DNA of 64,000 bases from Nitrosopumilus sp. (GCA_965224195.1 OZ245040.1:352001-416000); one strand, 5' to 3'. Shown: positions 21,097-32,626, counted from the stretch's first letter. The notes: generated from the letters alone by a model not told the origin. A program made the numbers and translations.

Positions 21097-21669
21097 TTGG
21101 TTGAATTGTCTAATGAATCTAATTCTGATGAAATATCAGTTAATGTAGTATCTAAAAATGAAGAAGAAAATAATTCATCTACGATGGAATCAGAGTCTTT
21201 AGAACCTAATATTGATAACTTAACTACAGAATTAGAATTAGAAAAACAAAGATCATCTGAATATGAAGAAAAATTAAAACTTGTATTAGCTGACTTTCAA
21301 AATCTAAGTAGAAAAACACAGTCTGATATAGAAAATGGAGTAAATTCAAAAATTAATGAATTTGCATTAGATTTTTTACAAATTTATGATGATTTCGTTA
21401 GAGCAAAAGAAGTTTTTTCTGAAAGTAAGATTAATTCTGATGGTCTTGATTCTATTTTAAAAAATATGAATTCATTATTACAAAAATACCATGTTAAACA
21501 AATTGATGCATTAGGAGAAATTTTTAACCCAAATTTCCATGAGGCAATATCAATAATCACAGATCCTGCTTTGGATGACAATACAGTTACAAAAGAGCTC
21601 AGGAAAGGGTATATTTCTCATGAGAGAGTTATAAGACCGACATTAGTAGAAATTTCAAAAAAAGGATGA
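21097..21669 (+). CDS. grpE: Nucleotide exchange factor GrpE
   Basis: ADFQNL, FNPNFHEA and KGY...RVIRP motifs; upstream of dnaK. Confidence 0.95.
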   Translation: MVELSNESNSDEISVNVVSKNEEENNSSTMESESLEPNIDNLTTELELEKQRSSEYEEKLKLVLADFQNLSRKTQSDIENGVNSKINEFALDFLQIYDDFVRAKEVFSESKINSDGLDSILKNMNSLLQKYHVKQIDALGEIFNPNFHEAISIITDPALDDNTVTKELRKGYISHERVIRPTLVEISKKG

Positions 21670-21678
21670 TGATAAAAT

Positions 21679-23679
21679 ATGGTTAAAATAATTGGTATTG
21701 ATTTAGGAACAAGTAACTCTGCTGCAGCAGTTGTAATGGGTGGAAAACCTACAATTATTCCAGCAGCAGAAGGTGCCACAGTGGGTGGTAAAGCATTCCC
21801 ATCAGTAGTAGCATTTTCTAAAGATGGTGATCTTTTGGTTGGTGAACCAGCACGAAGACAAGCAGTAACCAATCCTGATAGTACAATAGTTGCTGCTAAA
21901 AGAAAAATGGGTTCTGATCATACATTTAAAATTTTAGATAAAGAATACAAACCGCAACAAATTTCTGCATTCATTCTTCAGAAAATTAAAAAAGATGCTG
22001 AAGCATTTATTGGTGAACCAGTTAGTAAAGCAGTCATTACTGTTCCTGCATATTTTGATGATAATCAAAGACAGGCTACTAAAGATGCTGGAACAATTGC
22101 TGGTCTTGATGTTGTTAGAATAATAAATGAACCAACTGCTGCATCTTTAGCCTTTGGGTTAGATAAAGCAAAAGAAGACATGAAAATCCTTGTCTTTGAT
22201 TTTGGTGGTGGTACATTAGATGTTACTATAATGGAAATGGGTGGAGGTGTTTTTGAAGTTCTTAGTACATCTGGTGATACACAATTAGGTGGTACAGATA
22301 TGGATAAAGTTCTAATTGATTTCATCGTTGATGAATTCAAGAAAAAGGAAGGTGTTGATCTTTCTCAGGATTCAACTGCAATGACAAGAATTAGAGAAGC
22401 TTCTGAAAAAGCTAAAATTGAATTATCTACTGTAATGGAAACCGACATTAATTTACCATTTATTGCACATGATCCTTCATCTGGTGCTAAAAATTTAGAA
22501 TTCAGAATTACTAGAGCAAAATTAGATGAATTAATTGGTCCTATTGTTGAGCGATGTAAGCCTTCTGTACTAAAAGCACTTGAAGATGCAAAACTTTCCA
22601 ATTCTGATATTAATAAAATTGTGATGGTTGGTGGACCGACAAGAATTCCATTAGTGAAAAAATTTGTTAGTGAATTAGTTGGTCAAGAATCTGAATCAGG
22701 TGTAGATCCAATGGAAGCAGTAGCGATGGGTGCAGCAATTCAGGCTGGAATTATTGCTGGAGATGTAAGTAGTGATATTGTTTTGCTCGATGTAACTCCT
22801 TTAACATTGGGAATTGAAACATTAGGTGGTGTTAGAGAGCCATTAATTGAAAGAAATACTACTATTCCTACATCAAAGAGTAAAGTTTTCACAACTGCAG
22901 CTGATAATCAAACAGCAGTAACAATTCATGTTGTTCAAGGTGAAAGACCAATGGCAACTGATAATGTATCATTGGGAAGTTTTAATCTTACAGATTTACC
23001 TTCAGCTCCTAGAGGAATCCCTCAAATTGAAGTTAAATTTGATATTGATGCAAACGGAATAATCAATGTTACAGCAAAAGATCTTGGAACACAAAAAGAA
23101 GCAAAAATTACTATTGAGTCTACATCAAAACTATCTAAAGAAGAAATTGAAAAACTAAAAGAAGATGCAGAAAAATTCTCTGATGAAGATAAACTGAAGA
23201 AAGAGAAAATTGATTTAAAGAATGAAGCAGAAAGTTACATTTACACTACTGAAAAATTAGTTAATCATGATCTTAAAGATAAAATTTCACAAGAACAAGG
23301 AATTAAAATTACTGATGCTGTTAAGGAAGTTAGAGAAGTTTTAGATAAAGAACCAGATGAATTAAAACCTAAACTTGAAGCATTACAAACATTAGTAAAT
23401 GAAGTTACAACAGAACTTTACAAAAATGCATCACCACCACCTGGCGCAGAAGGACAACAAGGCGCAGAAGGACAACAAGGCGCAGAAGGACAACAAGGCG
23501 CAGAAGGACAACAAGGCGCAGAAGGACAACAAGGCGCAGAAGGACAACAAGGCGCAGAAGGACAACAAGGCGCAGAAGGACAACAAGGCGCAGAAGGACA
23601 ACAAGGCGCAGAAGGACAACAAGGCGCAGAAGGACAAACCAATGAATCATCTTCAACTGATGAACCAAAAACCAACTAG
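21679..23679 (+). CDS. dnaK: Chaperone DnaK (Hsp70) with repeat-expanded C-terminal tail
   Basis: [26 protein letters not shown] and [11 protein letters not shown] motifs. Confidence 0.98.
   Translation: MVKIIGIDLGTSNSAAAVVMGGKPTIIPAAEGATVGGKAFPSVVAFSKDGDLLVGEPARRQAVTNPDSTIVAAKRKMGSDHTFKILDKEYKPQQISAFILQKIKKDAEAFIGEPVSKAVITVPAYFDDNQRQATKDAGTIAGLDVVRIINEPTAASLAFGLDKAKEDMKILVFDFGGGTLDVTIMEMGGGVFEVLSTSGDTQLGGTDMDKVLIDFIVDEFKKKEGVDLSQDSTAMTRIREASEKAKIELSTVMETDINLPFIAHDPSSGAKNLEFRITRAKLDELIGPIVERCKPSVLKALEDAKLSNSDINKIVMVGGPTRIPLVKKFVSELVGQESESGVDPMEAVAMGAAIQAGIIAGDVSSDIVLLDVTPLTLGIETLGGVREPLIERNTTIPTSKSKVFTTAADNQTAVTIHVVQGERPMATDNVSLGSFNLTDLPSAPRGIPQIEVKFDIDANGIINVTAKDLGTQKEAKITIESTSKLSKEEIEKLKEDAEKFSDEDKLKKEKIDLKNEAESYIYTTEKLVNHDLKDKISQEQGIKITDAVKEVREVLDKEPDELKPKLEALQTLVNEVTTELYKNASPPPGAEGQQGAEGQQGAEGQQGAEGQQGAEGQQGAEGQQGAEGQQGAEGQQGAEGQQGAEGQQGAEGQTNESSSTDEPKTN
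23443..23637 (+). repeat. Perfect 18-bp tandem repeat GGCGCAGAAGGACAACAA, 10 full copies plus 15 bp, encoding (GAEGQQ)n
   Basis: Read directly from the sequence; the units are nucleotide-identical and in frame within dnaK. Confidence 0.98.
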
Positions 23680-23727
23680 TTTTCTAATTCAATCATTTAT
23701 ACTGTAATTATGATAAAGGAATGATTC

Positions 23728-24789
23728 ATGGCTACAAAACGTGATTATTATGAGGTTTTAGGTGTCTCAAAAACATCTTCTCCAGATGAAGTTAAACAAC
23801 AGTATAGAAAATTAGCATTAAAATTTCATCCTGACAGAAACCAGTTTTCAGAAGCTGGTGAACATTTTAAAGAAATTTCTGAAGCATATGCAGTTATTTC
23901 AGATCCTGAGAAAAAACAAATCTACGATCAACATGGTCATGCTGGTGTGGATGGAAGATATTCTAGTGAAGATATTTTTCAAGGGGCACAGGGTGGTGGT
24001 TTTGATTCTATTTTTGAATCCATCTTTGGTCGTGGAGGTGGAGGATTTAATTTTAATCAACAACAGCAACAAGGTTCTGATCTTCTATATGAGACTCATG
24101 TAACATTAGAAGAAGTATCACATGGTAAAAAAATTGAAATTAATTTACAAAAACAGGTTCAATGTGATATTTGCAATGGCTCTGGTGCAAAACCAGGTAC
24201 TAACAAGAAAACATGTGGAACATGTAATGGTCAAGGACAAGTAAGACAAACTCGTAACATGGGATTTGCTTCATTTGTTACTGCTGCACCTTGTTCTGCT
24301 TGTAGAGGTCAGGGATCCATAATCGAAACACCGTGCAATGAATGTAAAGGACAAGGAAAGAAAAAAGGTTCAAAAACTGTAAAATTTGATATTCCTCCTG
24401 GAATTAATTCAGGAGATTACACTGTATCTGGAGAAGGAAATGAAATTCCTGATGGTGTAAATGGCGATTTAATTGTTAGAGTACGAGTACAACCACATTC
24501 AAAGTTTAATCGAGATGGAAAAGATATTTTTTATGATCATGATCTTTCTATGATTGATGCTGCGTTAGGTTGTGAAATTATTGTTCCAACTTTGGAAGGA
24601 ACAGAAAAAATTAAGGTTGATGCAGGTAGTCAACCAAATACAATTATCAAATTAAAAGGAAAAGGGGTGTCTCATATCAATTATAGAGGAAAAGGAGATC
24701 AATTTGTAAGAATTGTGGTAAATGTTCCTAAAAAACTCAATAAACATCAAAAAAATCTTTTAGATGAATTTAGAAAAACTAGTGATTAA
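23728..24789 (+). CDS. dnaJ: Chaperone DnaJ
   Basis: J-domain HPD, G/F region and four CxxCxGxG repeats. Confidence 0.97.
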   Translation: MATKRDYYEVLGVSKTSSPDEVKQQYRKLALKFHPDRNQFSEAGEHFKEISEAYAVISDPEKKQIYDQHGHAGVDGRYSSEDIFQGAQGGGFDSIFESIFGRGGGGFNFNQQQQQGSDLLYETHVTLEEVSHGKKIEINLQKQVQCDICNGSGAKPGTNKKTCGTCNGQGQVRQTRNMGFASFVTAAPCSACRGQGSIIETPCNECKGQGKKKGSKTVKFDIPPGINSGDYTVSGEGNEIPDGVNGDLIVRVRVQPHSKFNRDGKDIFYDHDLSMIDAALGCEIIVPTLEGTEKIKVDAGSQPNTIIKLKGKGVSHINYRGKGDQFVRIVVNVPKKLNKHQKNLLDEFRKTSD

Positions 24790-25337
24790 TGATTAATATG
24801 AAAATTGCATTAGATGTTGATGGTGTACTTGCAGATGTTATAATTTCTTGGTTAAATTATAGCAATTCTATTAGACCCAAAATTGCTAAACATCAGATAA
24901 CTAGTTGGGAATTTTGGAATAAATTTAATATTGATCGTTATGATTTTTACACTGAGCTTAGCTCTTGTTGGAAAAATTGGTCTTCAATTCCTACTACTGA
25001 AAAAAATTTGTCATCAATAACAAAATCCCTTACTGAAATTGGTCAAGTAGATATTGTTACTGCAAGGGAACGTTCAACTAACTCATTTGTAAAATCTTGG
25101 TTGGGTCACCATGATATTGCATATGATAATTATGTATCAGTAATTGATGGCCCAATGAAAGCTGATTTAGATTATGATGTATTTATTGATGATTCTCCAT
25201 TAAATGCAGAAAAATTCCTTAAAAATAAGAAAAAAATAATCCTTTATTCACAACCATGGAACCAAAATTTTTCTGAAAATAATATTAATCGAGTTTCAAA
25301 TCTTTTAGAAGCAATTAAAAAAATAAAATCTTTTTAA
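24789..25337 (+). CDS. HAD-family 5'(3')-deoxyribonucleotidase-like (NT5C) protein
   Basis: IALDVDGVLAD, IVTAR, FIDDSP and QPWN motifs. Confidence 0.8.
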   Translation: MINMKIALDVDGVLADVIISWLNYSNSIRPKIAKHQITSWEFWNKFNIDRYDFYTELSSCWKNWSSIPTTEKNLSSITKSLTEIGQVDIVTARERSTNSFVKSWLGHHDIAYDNYVSVIDGPMKADLDYDVFIDDSPLNAEKFLKNKKKIILYSQPWNQNFSENNINRVSNLLEAIKKIKSF

Positions 25338-25498
25338 TTCTTCTCAAATTTTCTAATGATAACTTGATGACCAGTTCTAATGTGTGTAGAATGTGTTGTA
25401 TTAACTAATTCATCAATTTTATCTTCACCATAGAATTTGGTATTGTAACGCCCCAAAACTTTCTTACAATTTGAACAATATACTTCACTGAATTCCAT
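25334..25498 (-). CDS. Putative 54-aa zinc-finger microprotein (not in ORF track)
   Basis: Hand-translated MEFSEVYCSNCKKVLGRYNTKFYGEDKIDELVNTTHSTHIRTGHQVIIRKFEKN: CxxC plus HxxHxxxxH. It fills the gap and overlaps the convergent gene's stop by 4 nt. Confidence 0.65.
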   Translation of the reverse strand: MEFSEVYCSNCKKVLGRYNTKFYGEDKIDELVNTTHSTHIRTGHQVIIRKFEKN

Positions 25499-25576
25499 TT
25501 TATCTCTTGATTATTCTGATATGATTGCTTCGTAGTATAATAAAGAAACTTATTCTAGATCTCAAATTTTTCCAAT

Positions 25577-25661
25577 GCGGGAGTCACCCAGCCTGGTCAA
25601 CGGTGTAAGGTTCAGATCCTTATCTTCTAGGAGTTCGTGGGTTCAAATCCCACTTCCCGCA
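25577..25661 (+). tRNA. tRNA-Leu(CAG)
   Basis: GCGGGAG...TTCCCGCA acceptor stem, anticodon arm TAAGG-TTCAGAT-CCTTA, long variable arm and GGTTCAAATCC T-arm. Confidence 0.95.
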
Positions 25662-25665
25662 TTTA

Positions 25666-27576
25666 CTAACTAATTTTTTCTAATTTAGCCTTGATATTTT
25701 TTAAAAGTAGTCTATTAATTATCTCACCAGAAGCTTTCCCTCTTAATTCTTTCATGACAATTCCCATCAAAGGTCCAACTGCTCTTTCTTTTTGATTTTT
25801 AATGATTCCTTCATTTTTATCTATTATATCTACAATAATTTTCTCTATTTCTTCTTCATTGATCGATTCAATTGATGCATTTTTCATTGCTTCTTCTGTG
25901 CTATTTGATTTTCCAGACATTATACTTTCAAATATAATTGCAATTGATTCTTTAGCAATTTTACCATCTTCTAACAAACTAAACAATTTGAAAATTTCAT
26001 TATTTTTCAATAAATCTGAATTTAATCCATTTCTTTCTAAATTTGTAATTGTTGAACAAAGAATTGATGCAACAAATGTAGGGTTAGTTTTAATTTTTTC
26101 AACAATTTTTTCAAATAATGCAATATAACGTGAATCAAAAATTTGTTCAGCCAATTGTGGATTAAGTTTGTATTTTGTTTCTAATTCTTTGATAGAATCA
26201 TCCCAAGATTTAGGAATATTATTTTGAGCTTCTACTAATTCTTCATTTGTAATGATTATTGGGGGAATGTCTGTTTCTGGATACATCCTTGCAGCTCCTG
26301 GTCTTGGTCTTAGAAATTTTGTTTCACCTGATTGAGTAGCCAACCTTGTATCTATTGGTATTCCATGATTTTTGATATACTGAATTCTTAAAATTATTTG
26401 ATCAATTATGGTGAGAATTTTTTCCTCAGGAGATGCTAAAATCAAAAAAGCATCATTTTGGCTGATTTTAGAAAATTCCTTTAATTTTTCTAAATCTGTT
26501 TCTTCTACTCCGTAGTTGGGTAATTCATCTGAATGAAAAACTCCTCCAATTCCAAAAAATCTGACTAATTCTGCTACTTCTTTTCCTAATCTTATGCCTT
26601 CATAAGGAGAATATCCAAAAATTCCAGCCATATTTCTAAATGTAACTGCCATAATTTTCTGATTTTTCTTCAAGGCTGATTGAATAATTTTTGATTTACA
26701 CTCTGAAAATAATTCTGTACTATCTTTACAATCTTTCTTGTCATAAATCCATCTTTTTTCTTGGATTTTTTTTGAAATTTTTAATAAACCATGTTGTCTT
26801 TTTGCTTCGTATTCCACAACCTTTTCTAATTGATCTAATTGTTGTACACCTTTTACTTCAATTACAACTCCACCTCCATCTTTTATTGATACGTTAACAT
26901 CTTGTCTTATTGAGCCTAATCCTCTTTTTACTTTCTTTGTACTCCTCAAAATTCTTCCTAATGACAGTGCAATTTTTTTAATCTCTGTTAATTCAACTTC
27001 GAAAGGCTCTGTTGCAATTTCAACTAAAGGAACTCCTAGACGTTCTAAACCAAATTTTCTTACAGAACCCTCATCTCCCAAATTTTTGGCAGCGTCTTCT
27101 TCTAAACAAATTGACTGAACTCCTATCTTTATTTCTCCTGTATCAAAAAATCCTCCCTGGGAAATTAGCATAGTACGTTGAAATCCGGTCGTATTAGAGC
27201 CATCAATTACTGTTTTTCTCATAGGATAAATTTCACTAAAAATATTTGATTTCAAAGTAGAAGAAATAATCAATGAAATTTTTCTTGCATCTTCATCTAA
27301 TTCATGTGGTGGCTCTTCATCCTGTTCAACTAAACAACTACTTTTATCATTTGCATAATACATTATTGTTTTTGATTTTGTACTTTCAAATAGTGCTGCA
27401 GGATCAAATTCACCTAATTCACTTTTAGATGCACGTAATTTTCTTTGAAATTTAATTGAATACTCATCAGATTCTATTGGATTGCAGTTGCAAAATAATT
27501 TCTTGTTTGTTGCTAACTGCTGATGAATTTCTAATCCAACTTTAACACCTACATCTTTTATTGAAAATTCTTCCAT
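25666..27576 (-). CDS. gatE: Glu-tRNA(Gln) amidotransferase subunit E
   Basis: KVGLEIHQQL, DGSNTTGFQRT, CLEEDAA and RPGAARMYPETD motifs. Confidence 0.97.
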   Translation of the reverse strand: MEEFSIKDVGVKVGLEIHQQLATNKKLFCNCNPIESDEYSIKFQRKLRASKSELGEFDPAALFESTKSKTIMYYANDKSSCLVEQDEEPPHELDEDARKISLIISSTLKSNIFSEIYPMRKTVIDGSNTTGFQRTMLISQGGFFDTGEIKIGVQSICLEEDAAKNLGDEGSVRKFGLERLGVPLVEIATEPFEVELTEIKKIALSLGRILRSTKKVKRGLGSIRQDVNVSIKDGGGVVIEVKGVQQLDQLEKVVEYEAKRQHGLLKISKKIQEKRWIYDKKDCKDSTELFSECKSKIIQSALKKNQKIMAVTFRNMAGIFGYSPYEGIRLGKEVAELVRFFGIGGVFHSDELPNYGVEETDLEKLKEFSKISQNDAFLILASPEEKILTIIDQIILRIQYIKNHGIPIDTRLATQSGETKFLRPRPGAARMYPETDIPPIIITNEELVEAQNNIPKSWDDSIKELETKYKLNPQLAEQIFDSRYIALFEKIVEKIKTNPTFVASILCSTITNLERNGLNSDLLKNNEIFKLFSLLEDGKIAKESIAIIFESIMSGKSNSTEEAMKNASIESINEEEIEKIIVDIIDKNEGIIKNQKERAVGPLMGIVMKELRGKASGEIINRLLLKNIKAKLEKIS

Positions 27577-27588
27577 ATTGACACCTAA

Positions 27589-28869
27589 TTATGTTGAAAA
27601 TTCTGACGCAATTCTATTTAGCATGATTTCTTTAATTTCTTCACGATTTTCAGTGTTTCCTGTAGCCCACATTGCCTTTACTAAAGCAATTTCAGGTATC
27701 ATGTTTTCTAGAGGAATTATTCCTAAATCAAGAAGATCTCTACCACTTTCATAAACTGTCATTCTTACTCTACCATCTATACACTGTGAAGTCATTCCCA
27801 TAAAGATGTCTTTTTCATTTGCTATTTTCACTATTGGATACATATTTTTTCCAATATGACCTAATCCAGTACCTTCAAAAATTATTGCTTTGTATCCTGC
27901 ATCTATGATATTTTTTAATATAATTGGATCATATCCTGGGTAATATTTTACTAGAGCAACTTTTTCATTTATCTTTATTTTAGGATTGTATTTGTTAATT
28001 GTAAAAAAATTATCTTTCATATTATTATGAATTTCATTATTTACAATTAAAAATGCAGGATCATTCCCTACCGTTTGAAATGCACCTCTTTTACTTGTAT
28101 GATTTTTTCTTACCCTTGTTCCAATATGACATGCAACTGTTTCATCATTTTCATCTTGATGCATTGCTATGTAGACTCCATTTGTTTTACATTTTGTAAG
28201 GAATTTTACAGCTCCAATAAGATTCAGTGCAGCATCTGATGATGCACGATCGGATGATCTTTGTGAACCAACTAATGCTATTGGAATTGGAAATCCTGCT
28301 AATGAAAAAGAAAGATAGGATGATGTGTAATGCATAGTATCTGTCCCATGTGCAATTATTATTCCAGCATAATCTGAATTCAAATATTCATTTACTGTTT
28401 CAGCAATTTTTAACCAATGTTCAGGCATAATATTTTCAGAATATTCTGAAAACAATACTTTGGTGTCTATATTCGCAATTTTTGCAAGCTCAGGAACTGA
28501 TGAATTCAATTCTTCAGCAGTTAATACTGGAGTAACTGCCCCAGTTCTATAATCAATTTTACTTGCAATTGTGCCTCCAGTTGACAATAATAAAATTTTT
28601 GGTAGCTTTTCGTTTTTCTCAATCTTTTCAACAATTTTTTCTGAGGTTTGATTTTTCTCAATTTTTTTAATTTTAGATATTTCTAAACCAATATTGTATC
28701 CGCTCTTTAATTTCAAAACAATATGTTTATCGTCACTATGTTCGTATCTAGGCATGACAATTCCTGAATAAGTGATATCTGCTAGAATTTTTACAGAATT
28801 TCCAATTGAAATTTTGTTTGTTTTGAGAAATTCTAAGGACTTTCCTTCATACCCAGTATATTCTGACAT
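27589..28869 (-). CDS. gatD: Glu-tRNA(Gln) amidotransferase subunit D
   Basis: STGGTIASKIDYRTG, HGTDTM and GSQRSSDR; adjacent to gatE. Confidence 0.97.
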   Translation of the reverse strand: MSEYTGYEGKSLEFLKTNKISIGNSVKILADITYSGIVMPRYEHSDDKHIVLKLKSGYNIGLEISKIKKIEKNQTSEKIVEKIEKNEKLPKILLLSTGGTIASKIDYRTGAVTPVLTAEELNSSVPELAKIANIDTKVLFSEYSENIMPEHWLKIAETVNEYLNSDYAGIIIAHGTDTMHYTSSYLSFSLAGFPIPIALVGSQRSSDRASSDAALNLIGAVKFLTKCKTNGVYIAMHQDENDETVACHIGTRVRKNHTSKRGAFQTVGNDPAFLIVNNEIHNNMKDNFFTINKYNPKIKINEKVALVKYYPGYDPIILKNIIDAGYKAIIFEGTGLGHIGKNMYPIVKIANEKDIFMGMTSQCIDGRVRMTVYESGRDLLDLGIIPLENMIPEIALVKAMWATGNTENREEIKEIMLNRIASEFST

Positions 28870-28901
28870 TTATGAGAATTAGATTTGTTATTTAATTAAA
28901 A

Positions 28902-31088
28902 CTACCTGTAATAGGAGGCTACTAATTTTTCGCCCATCTTGAGGTCTTTTTGTTCTCTCACTTTCTTTACTGCTTCCTCAAAGTGTTTCATCTCAACTTT
29001 AGCATCAACATCCTTTTTCTCAATATCTTTTACATCTGGATTTTTATCTAAGAATTCATGAATTACTAGAGATACTGCCGTATTTGCAATAGCTGCAGTA
29101 TCTGCGCCACTAAGCCCGTCAGTTAAGTCTGAAAGTTTTTCGTAATCAATGCGATTAGGATCGCTTTCATCAGTAATTGTTGGTATTTTTTCAGCATTAA
29201 TTTTCAAGATACTCCTTCTACTTTCTTTATCTGGTAGTGGAATCTGAATAATTTTATCAAATCTTCCCGGTCTTAATAATGCAGGATCTATCATGTCTGC
29301 TCTATTTGTTGCTGCTAATACTATAACACCGTGCATATTTTCCATTCCGTCTAATTCTGTTAGTAATTGACTTACTACTCTTTCAGTAACTGCAGTTTCT
29401 CCGCCAGCACCTCTAATTGGAGCAATAGAATCAATTTCATCAAAGAATATTACACATGGTGCAGATTGACGTGCACGTTTGAAAATTTCTCTAATTCCTC
29501 GCTCTGATTCTCCTACCCATTTAGATAAGAGTTCGGGGCCTCGAACTGAAACAAAGTTTGCTTCACTTTGAGTAGCAACTGCTTTTGCAAGTAGAGTTTT
29601 ACCAGTACCGCTTGGACCATGAAGTAATATTCCTCTTGGCATATGATGTCCAAGTTTATCATAAAGACCAGGATATTTCATTGGCCATTCTACAGCTTCT
29701 TGTAATTCTTTTTTGACTTCTTCTAAACCTCCAACATCCTCCCACTTTACATCTGGGTTTTCAATGAATACTTCTCGCATTCCTGATGGCGTTACTTCAA
29801 TCAAGGCTTTTTGAAAGTCTTCATGATTTACAATTAGTTTATCCAAAGTTTCTGGCGGAAGTTTTTCTTCTTCTAAATTTAAAACAGGTAATAATCTTCT
29901 CAAACATTTCATTGCAGCTTCTTTACAGAGATATTCTAAATCTGCACCAACATACCCATGACTAACTGATGATATTTTTTTCATGTCAACATCATCTGCT
30001 AATGGCATGTTTCTACTGTGAATTGCAAGAATGTCACTTCTTCCTTTTTTATCTGGAACCTTAATCTCAATTTCTCTATCAAATCTTCCTGGTCTTCTAA
30101 GTGCTGGATCAATTGCATTTGGTCTATTAGTTGCTGCAATGACAATAACTTTCCCTCTTGCTTCTAATCCATCCATTAATGATAACATTTGAGAAACAAC
30201 TCTTCGTTCAACTTCTCCTGTAACTTCTTCTCTTTTTGGAGCAATAGAATCAATTTCATCAACAAAGATAATTGATGGGGCTTTCTCTCTTGCTTCTTTG
30301 AAAATTTCTCTTAATCTTGCTTCACTTTCACCATAAAACTTACTCATAATTTCAGGTCCTGAGATACTGATAAAATGAGCTTGACTTTCATTTGCTACTG
30401 CTTTTGCAAGTAGTGTCTTACCCGTACCAGGTGGACCATACAACAATACACCTTTTGGAGCTTCAATTCCTAATTTTTCAAAGATTTCAGGATGTCTTAA
30501 TGGAAGCTCAATCATTTCTCTGACTTTTTTAATTTCATTTGAAATTCCACCAATGTCTTCATAGGTTACTTGTGGAACTCCACGTAACGTTTCTCCTTTT
30601 TCTGCAATATGGAAAACAGTTTTTTGGGTTACTAAAACAGCATCAGCTGCTGGATTAACTCCAATAACTTGAAAAGTTAAACGTCCACCAAAGTATGGAA
30701 CCATCACATTATCACCTTTAATCAAAGGTACACTCTCTAAAGCATCTGCAAGATATCTTTCATCAATTGGAGGAATTGCTTCAAGTGGTGCAACTACTAC
30801 TTTTTCTGCAGCAACTGCTTTTATTTTCCTAACTGATATTGTATCTCCAATTGCTATTCCTGAATTATTTCGTCCAAGACCGTCAATTCTGATAATTCCT
30901 TTACCTTCATCTGAAGGATAAAGTGGAAGACATTTTGCTACTGTTCTTCTTTTACCTTTAATTTCAATAACATCACCTGTTGAGGCATTTAATGTATCCA
31001 TAGAATCATAATCAATTCTTGCTACTCCTCTTCCTACATCTCGTGTGTATGCTTCAAGCACTTTGAGAGAAAGAGCATTTTGACTCAT
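28902..31088 (-). CDS. cdc48: Cdc48/VCP family double-AAA ATPase
   Basis: N-domain ([11 protein letters not shown]) and two AAA modules ([26 protein letters not shown]); likely ATG at 31088. Confidence 0.95.
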   Translation of the reverse strand: MSQNALSLKVLEAYTRDVGRGVARIDYDSMDTLNASTGDVIEIKGKRRTVAKCLPLYPSDEGKGIIRIDGLGRNNSGIAIGDTISVRKIKAVAAEKVVVAPLEAIPPIDERYLADALESVPLIKGDNVMVPYFGGRLTFQVIGVNPAADAVLVTQKTVFHIAEKGETLRGVPQVTYEDIGGISNEIKKVREMIELPLRHPEIFEKLGIEAPKGVLLYGPPGTGKTLLAKAVANESQAHFISISGPEIMSKFYGESEARLREIFKEAREKAPSIIFVDEIDSIAPKREEVTGEVERRVVSQMLSLMDGLEARGKVIVIAATNRPNAIDPALRRPGRFDREIEIKVPDKKGRSDILAIHSRNMPLADDVDMKKISSVSHGYVGADLEYLCKEAAMKCLRRLLPVLNLEEEKLPPETLDKLIVNHEDFQKALIEVTPSGMREVFIENPDVKWEDVGGLEEVKKELQEAVEWPMKYPGLYDKLGHHMPRGILLHGPSGTGKTLLAKAVATQSEANFVSVRGPELLSKWVGESERGIREIFKRARQSAPCVIFFDEIDSIAPIRGAGGETAVTERVVSQLLTELDGMENMHGVIVLAATNRADMIDPALLRPGRFDKIIQIPLPDKESRRSILKINAEKIPTITDESDPNRIDYEKLSDLTDGLSGADTAAIANTAVSLVIHEFLDKNPDVKDIEKKDVDAKVEMKHFEEAVKKVREQKDLKMGEKLVASYYR

Positions 31089-31134
31089 AGTCAATGGCTT
31101 CAATTCTAATTTTTATACCTTTGTGCTAATTTCC

Positions 31135-31160
31135 AAAACTAGCAGGTAAAACTAGCAGGT
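31135..31160. repeat. Perfect 13-bp tandem duplication (AAAACTAGCAGGT)x2 in the cdc48/rpl2 divergent promoter region
   Basis: Read directly from the sequence. Confidence 0.85.
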
Positions 31161-31204
31161 CACACCACAAGCTTAAAATTCTCTTTACGTCGGAAACGAT
31201 CAAC

Positions 31205-31939
31205 TTGGGTAAGAGACCATTAGTACGAAGACGAGGCCGTGGAGGCAATCAATTTAGATCTACATCTACTGGTAAAGTAGGCGCAAAAGCAAATTATCCA
31301 CGTTTTCCACTATCTGAACAACATACAGGTGAAATCATCGATCTAGTGCATGAACGTGGAAGAGAAGCACCATTATCTAAAATTAGATTTGAAGATGGCT
31401 CTGTTTCATTTGTACCAGCAGTTCTCGGAACTACAGTAGGTGGAACATTACAATTTGGATTAAAATCAGAAATTAAAAAAGGTAATGTCATTAGTGTTCA
31501 AAATATTCCTGATGGCACAATTGTATGTAATATTGAAAAGCATTTTGGTGATGGTGGTGCTATTGTTAAATCAGCAGGTACTGATGCAACTATCTTTTCA
31601 CATGGTGATGATGGTGTAACAGTTAAACTTCCATCTGGAAAATTTGCCACTCTTAATCCTAAAAACAGAGCCATGATTGGTACTCTAGCTGGTGGTGGAG
31701 CAACTGAAAGACATTTTATGAGTGCAGGTAACAAGTGGCGTAGTTTTAAAGCTAAAGGAAAGAAATATCCAATTGTAAGAGGTGTTGCTCAAGCAGCATA
31801 TGTACACCCACACGGTGGTGGTCGACATCAACACGTTGGACAGAGTTCTACAGTTTCAAGAGATGCCCCTCCTGGTGCAAAGGTAGGTAGCATTGCTGCA
31901 AGAAAGACTGGTAGAGCTAGAATCAAAGAAAGAAAGTAG
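31205..31939 (+). CDS. rpl2: 50S ribosomal protein uL2
   Basis: MGKR...RRGRG, HERGREAPL and YPIVRGVAQAAYVHPHGGG; TTG start. Confidence 0.97.
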   Translation: MGKRPLVRRRGRGGNQFRSTSTGKVGAKANYPRFPLSEQHTGEIIDLVHERGREAPLSKIRFEDGSVSFVPAVLGTTVGGTLQFGLKSEIKKGNVISVQNIPDGTIVCNIEKHFGDGGAIVKSAGTDATIFSHGDDGVTVKLPSGKFATLNPKNRAMIGTLAGGGATERHFMSAGNKWRSFKAKGKKYPIVRGVAQAAYVHPHGGGRHQHVGQSSTVSRDAPPGAKVGSIAARKTGRARIKERK

Positions 31940-31989
31940 TTTTTATTTTAGCCTAAAATTGATTAATAGCTCAGTGAATTATTATCTTA

Positions 31990-32268
31990 GTGTCAAAACA
32001 GCGTGTTAGACTTTTTGTAACTGGAAAGGTACAAGGTGTTTTTTTCCGACAAACATTAAAAGTAATGGCAAAGAAAAATGATGTTTTTGGTTGGGTAAAA
32101 AACCTCAAAGATGGTAGAGTCGAAGCTGTTTTAGAAGGTGAAGGAGAAAAAATTGATAGATTAATTGAATGGGCTCATGGCGGTCCTGCCAATGCAAGAG
32201 TTGAGGATGTAGAGATACGTAATGAAAAATTCACTGAAGAATTTTCAAAATTTGATGTATTGTACTAG
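31990..32268 (+). CDS. acyP: Acylphosphatase
   Basis: VTGKVQGVFFR, GWVKNLKDGRVE and GPANARV motifs. Confidence 0.93.
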   Translation: MSKQRVRLFVTGKVQGVFFRQTLKVMAKKNDVFGWVKNLKDGRVEAVLEGEGEKIDRLIEWAHGGPANARVEDVEIRNEKFTEEFSKFDVLY

Positions 32269-32597
32269 CGAATTTCTTCAAATGCGTTTTTAATGGTTTG
32301 AGTAACTTCTGAAATTTCTTGGTCTATTTTTACTTGAATAATTTGAATTGGGTCTTTTCTGCTTTTCTGAATTTTTATAATAACTCCTTCTCTTTCTGGT
32401 TCAATATCTACAAACCATCTGAATGTCATTGATTTACAAAAAACTACTCTATGCATTCGTATGTCTTCAATCACTTTATCCCCTAAAGAGAAACAAAACT
32501 CTCTAATTGAATCAAATAATGGTAATACTGAAGTTGGAATTTGTTTCTTAAAGTCTTCATAATTTCTTTTAGTTCCAAATGAGATAATTCCTTCCAT
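32265..32597 (-). CDS. Hypothetical protein (DUF5655-like small alpha/beta domain)
   Basis: 110-aa ORF with a plausible fold pattern (LFDSIREFCFSLGDKV); family assignment is tentative. Confidence 0.55.
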   Translation of the reverse strand: MEGIISFGTKRNYEDFKKQIPTSVLPLFDSIREFCFSLGDKVIEDIRMHRVVFCKSMTFRWFVDIEPEREGVIIKIQKSRKDPIQIIQVKIDQEISEVTQTIKNAFEEIR

Positions 32598-32626
32598 GAA
32601 ATTGCAATTTTTGTTTTAATTATAAA

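Noticed and set aside
23399-23707. Four alternative-frame ORFs with repeats (AQKDNK, LRLVVL, PSAPCC, SFCALL) and a possible CRISPR-like array
   Set aside because: They are shadows of the stop-free 18-bp repeat in dnaK. The units are contiguous with no spacers, so this is not CRISPR.
18699-25661. Integrated element bounded by tRNA-Gln and tRNA-Leu
   Set aside because: The interval holds core chaperone genes; no integrase or duplicated tRNA 3' end was seen.
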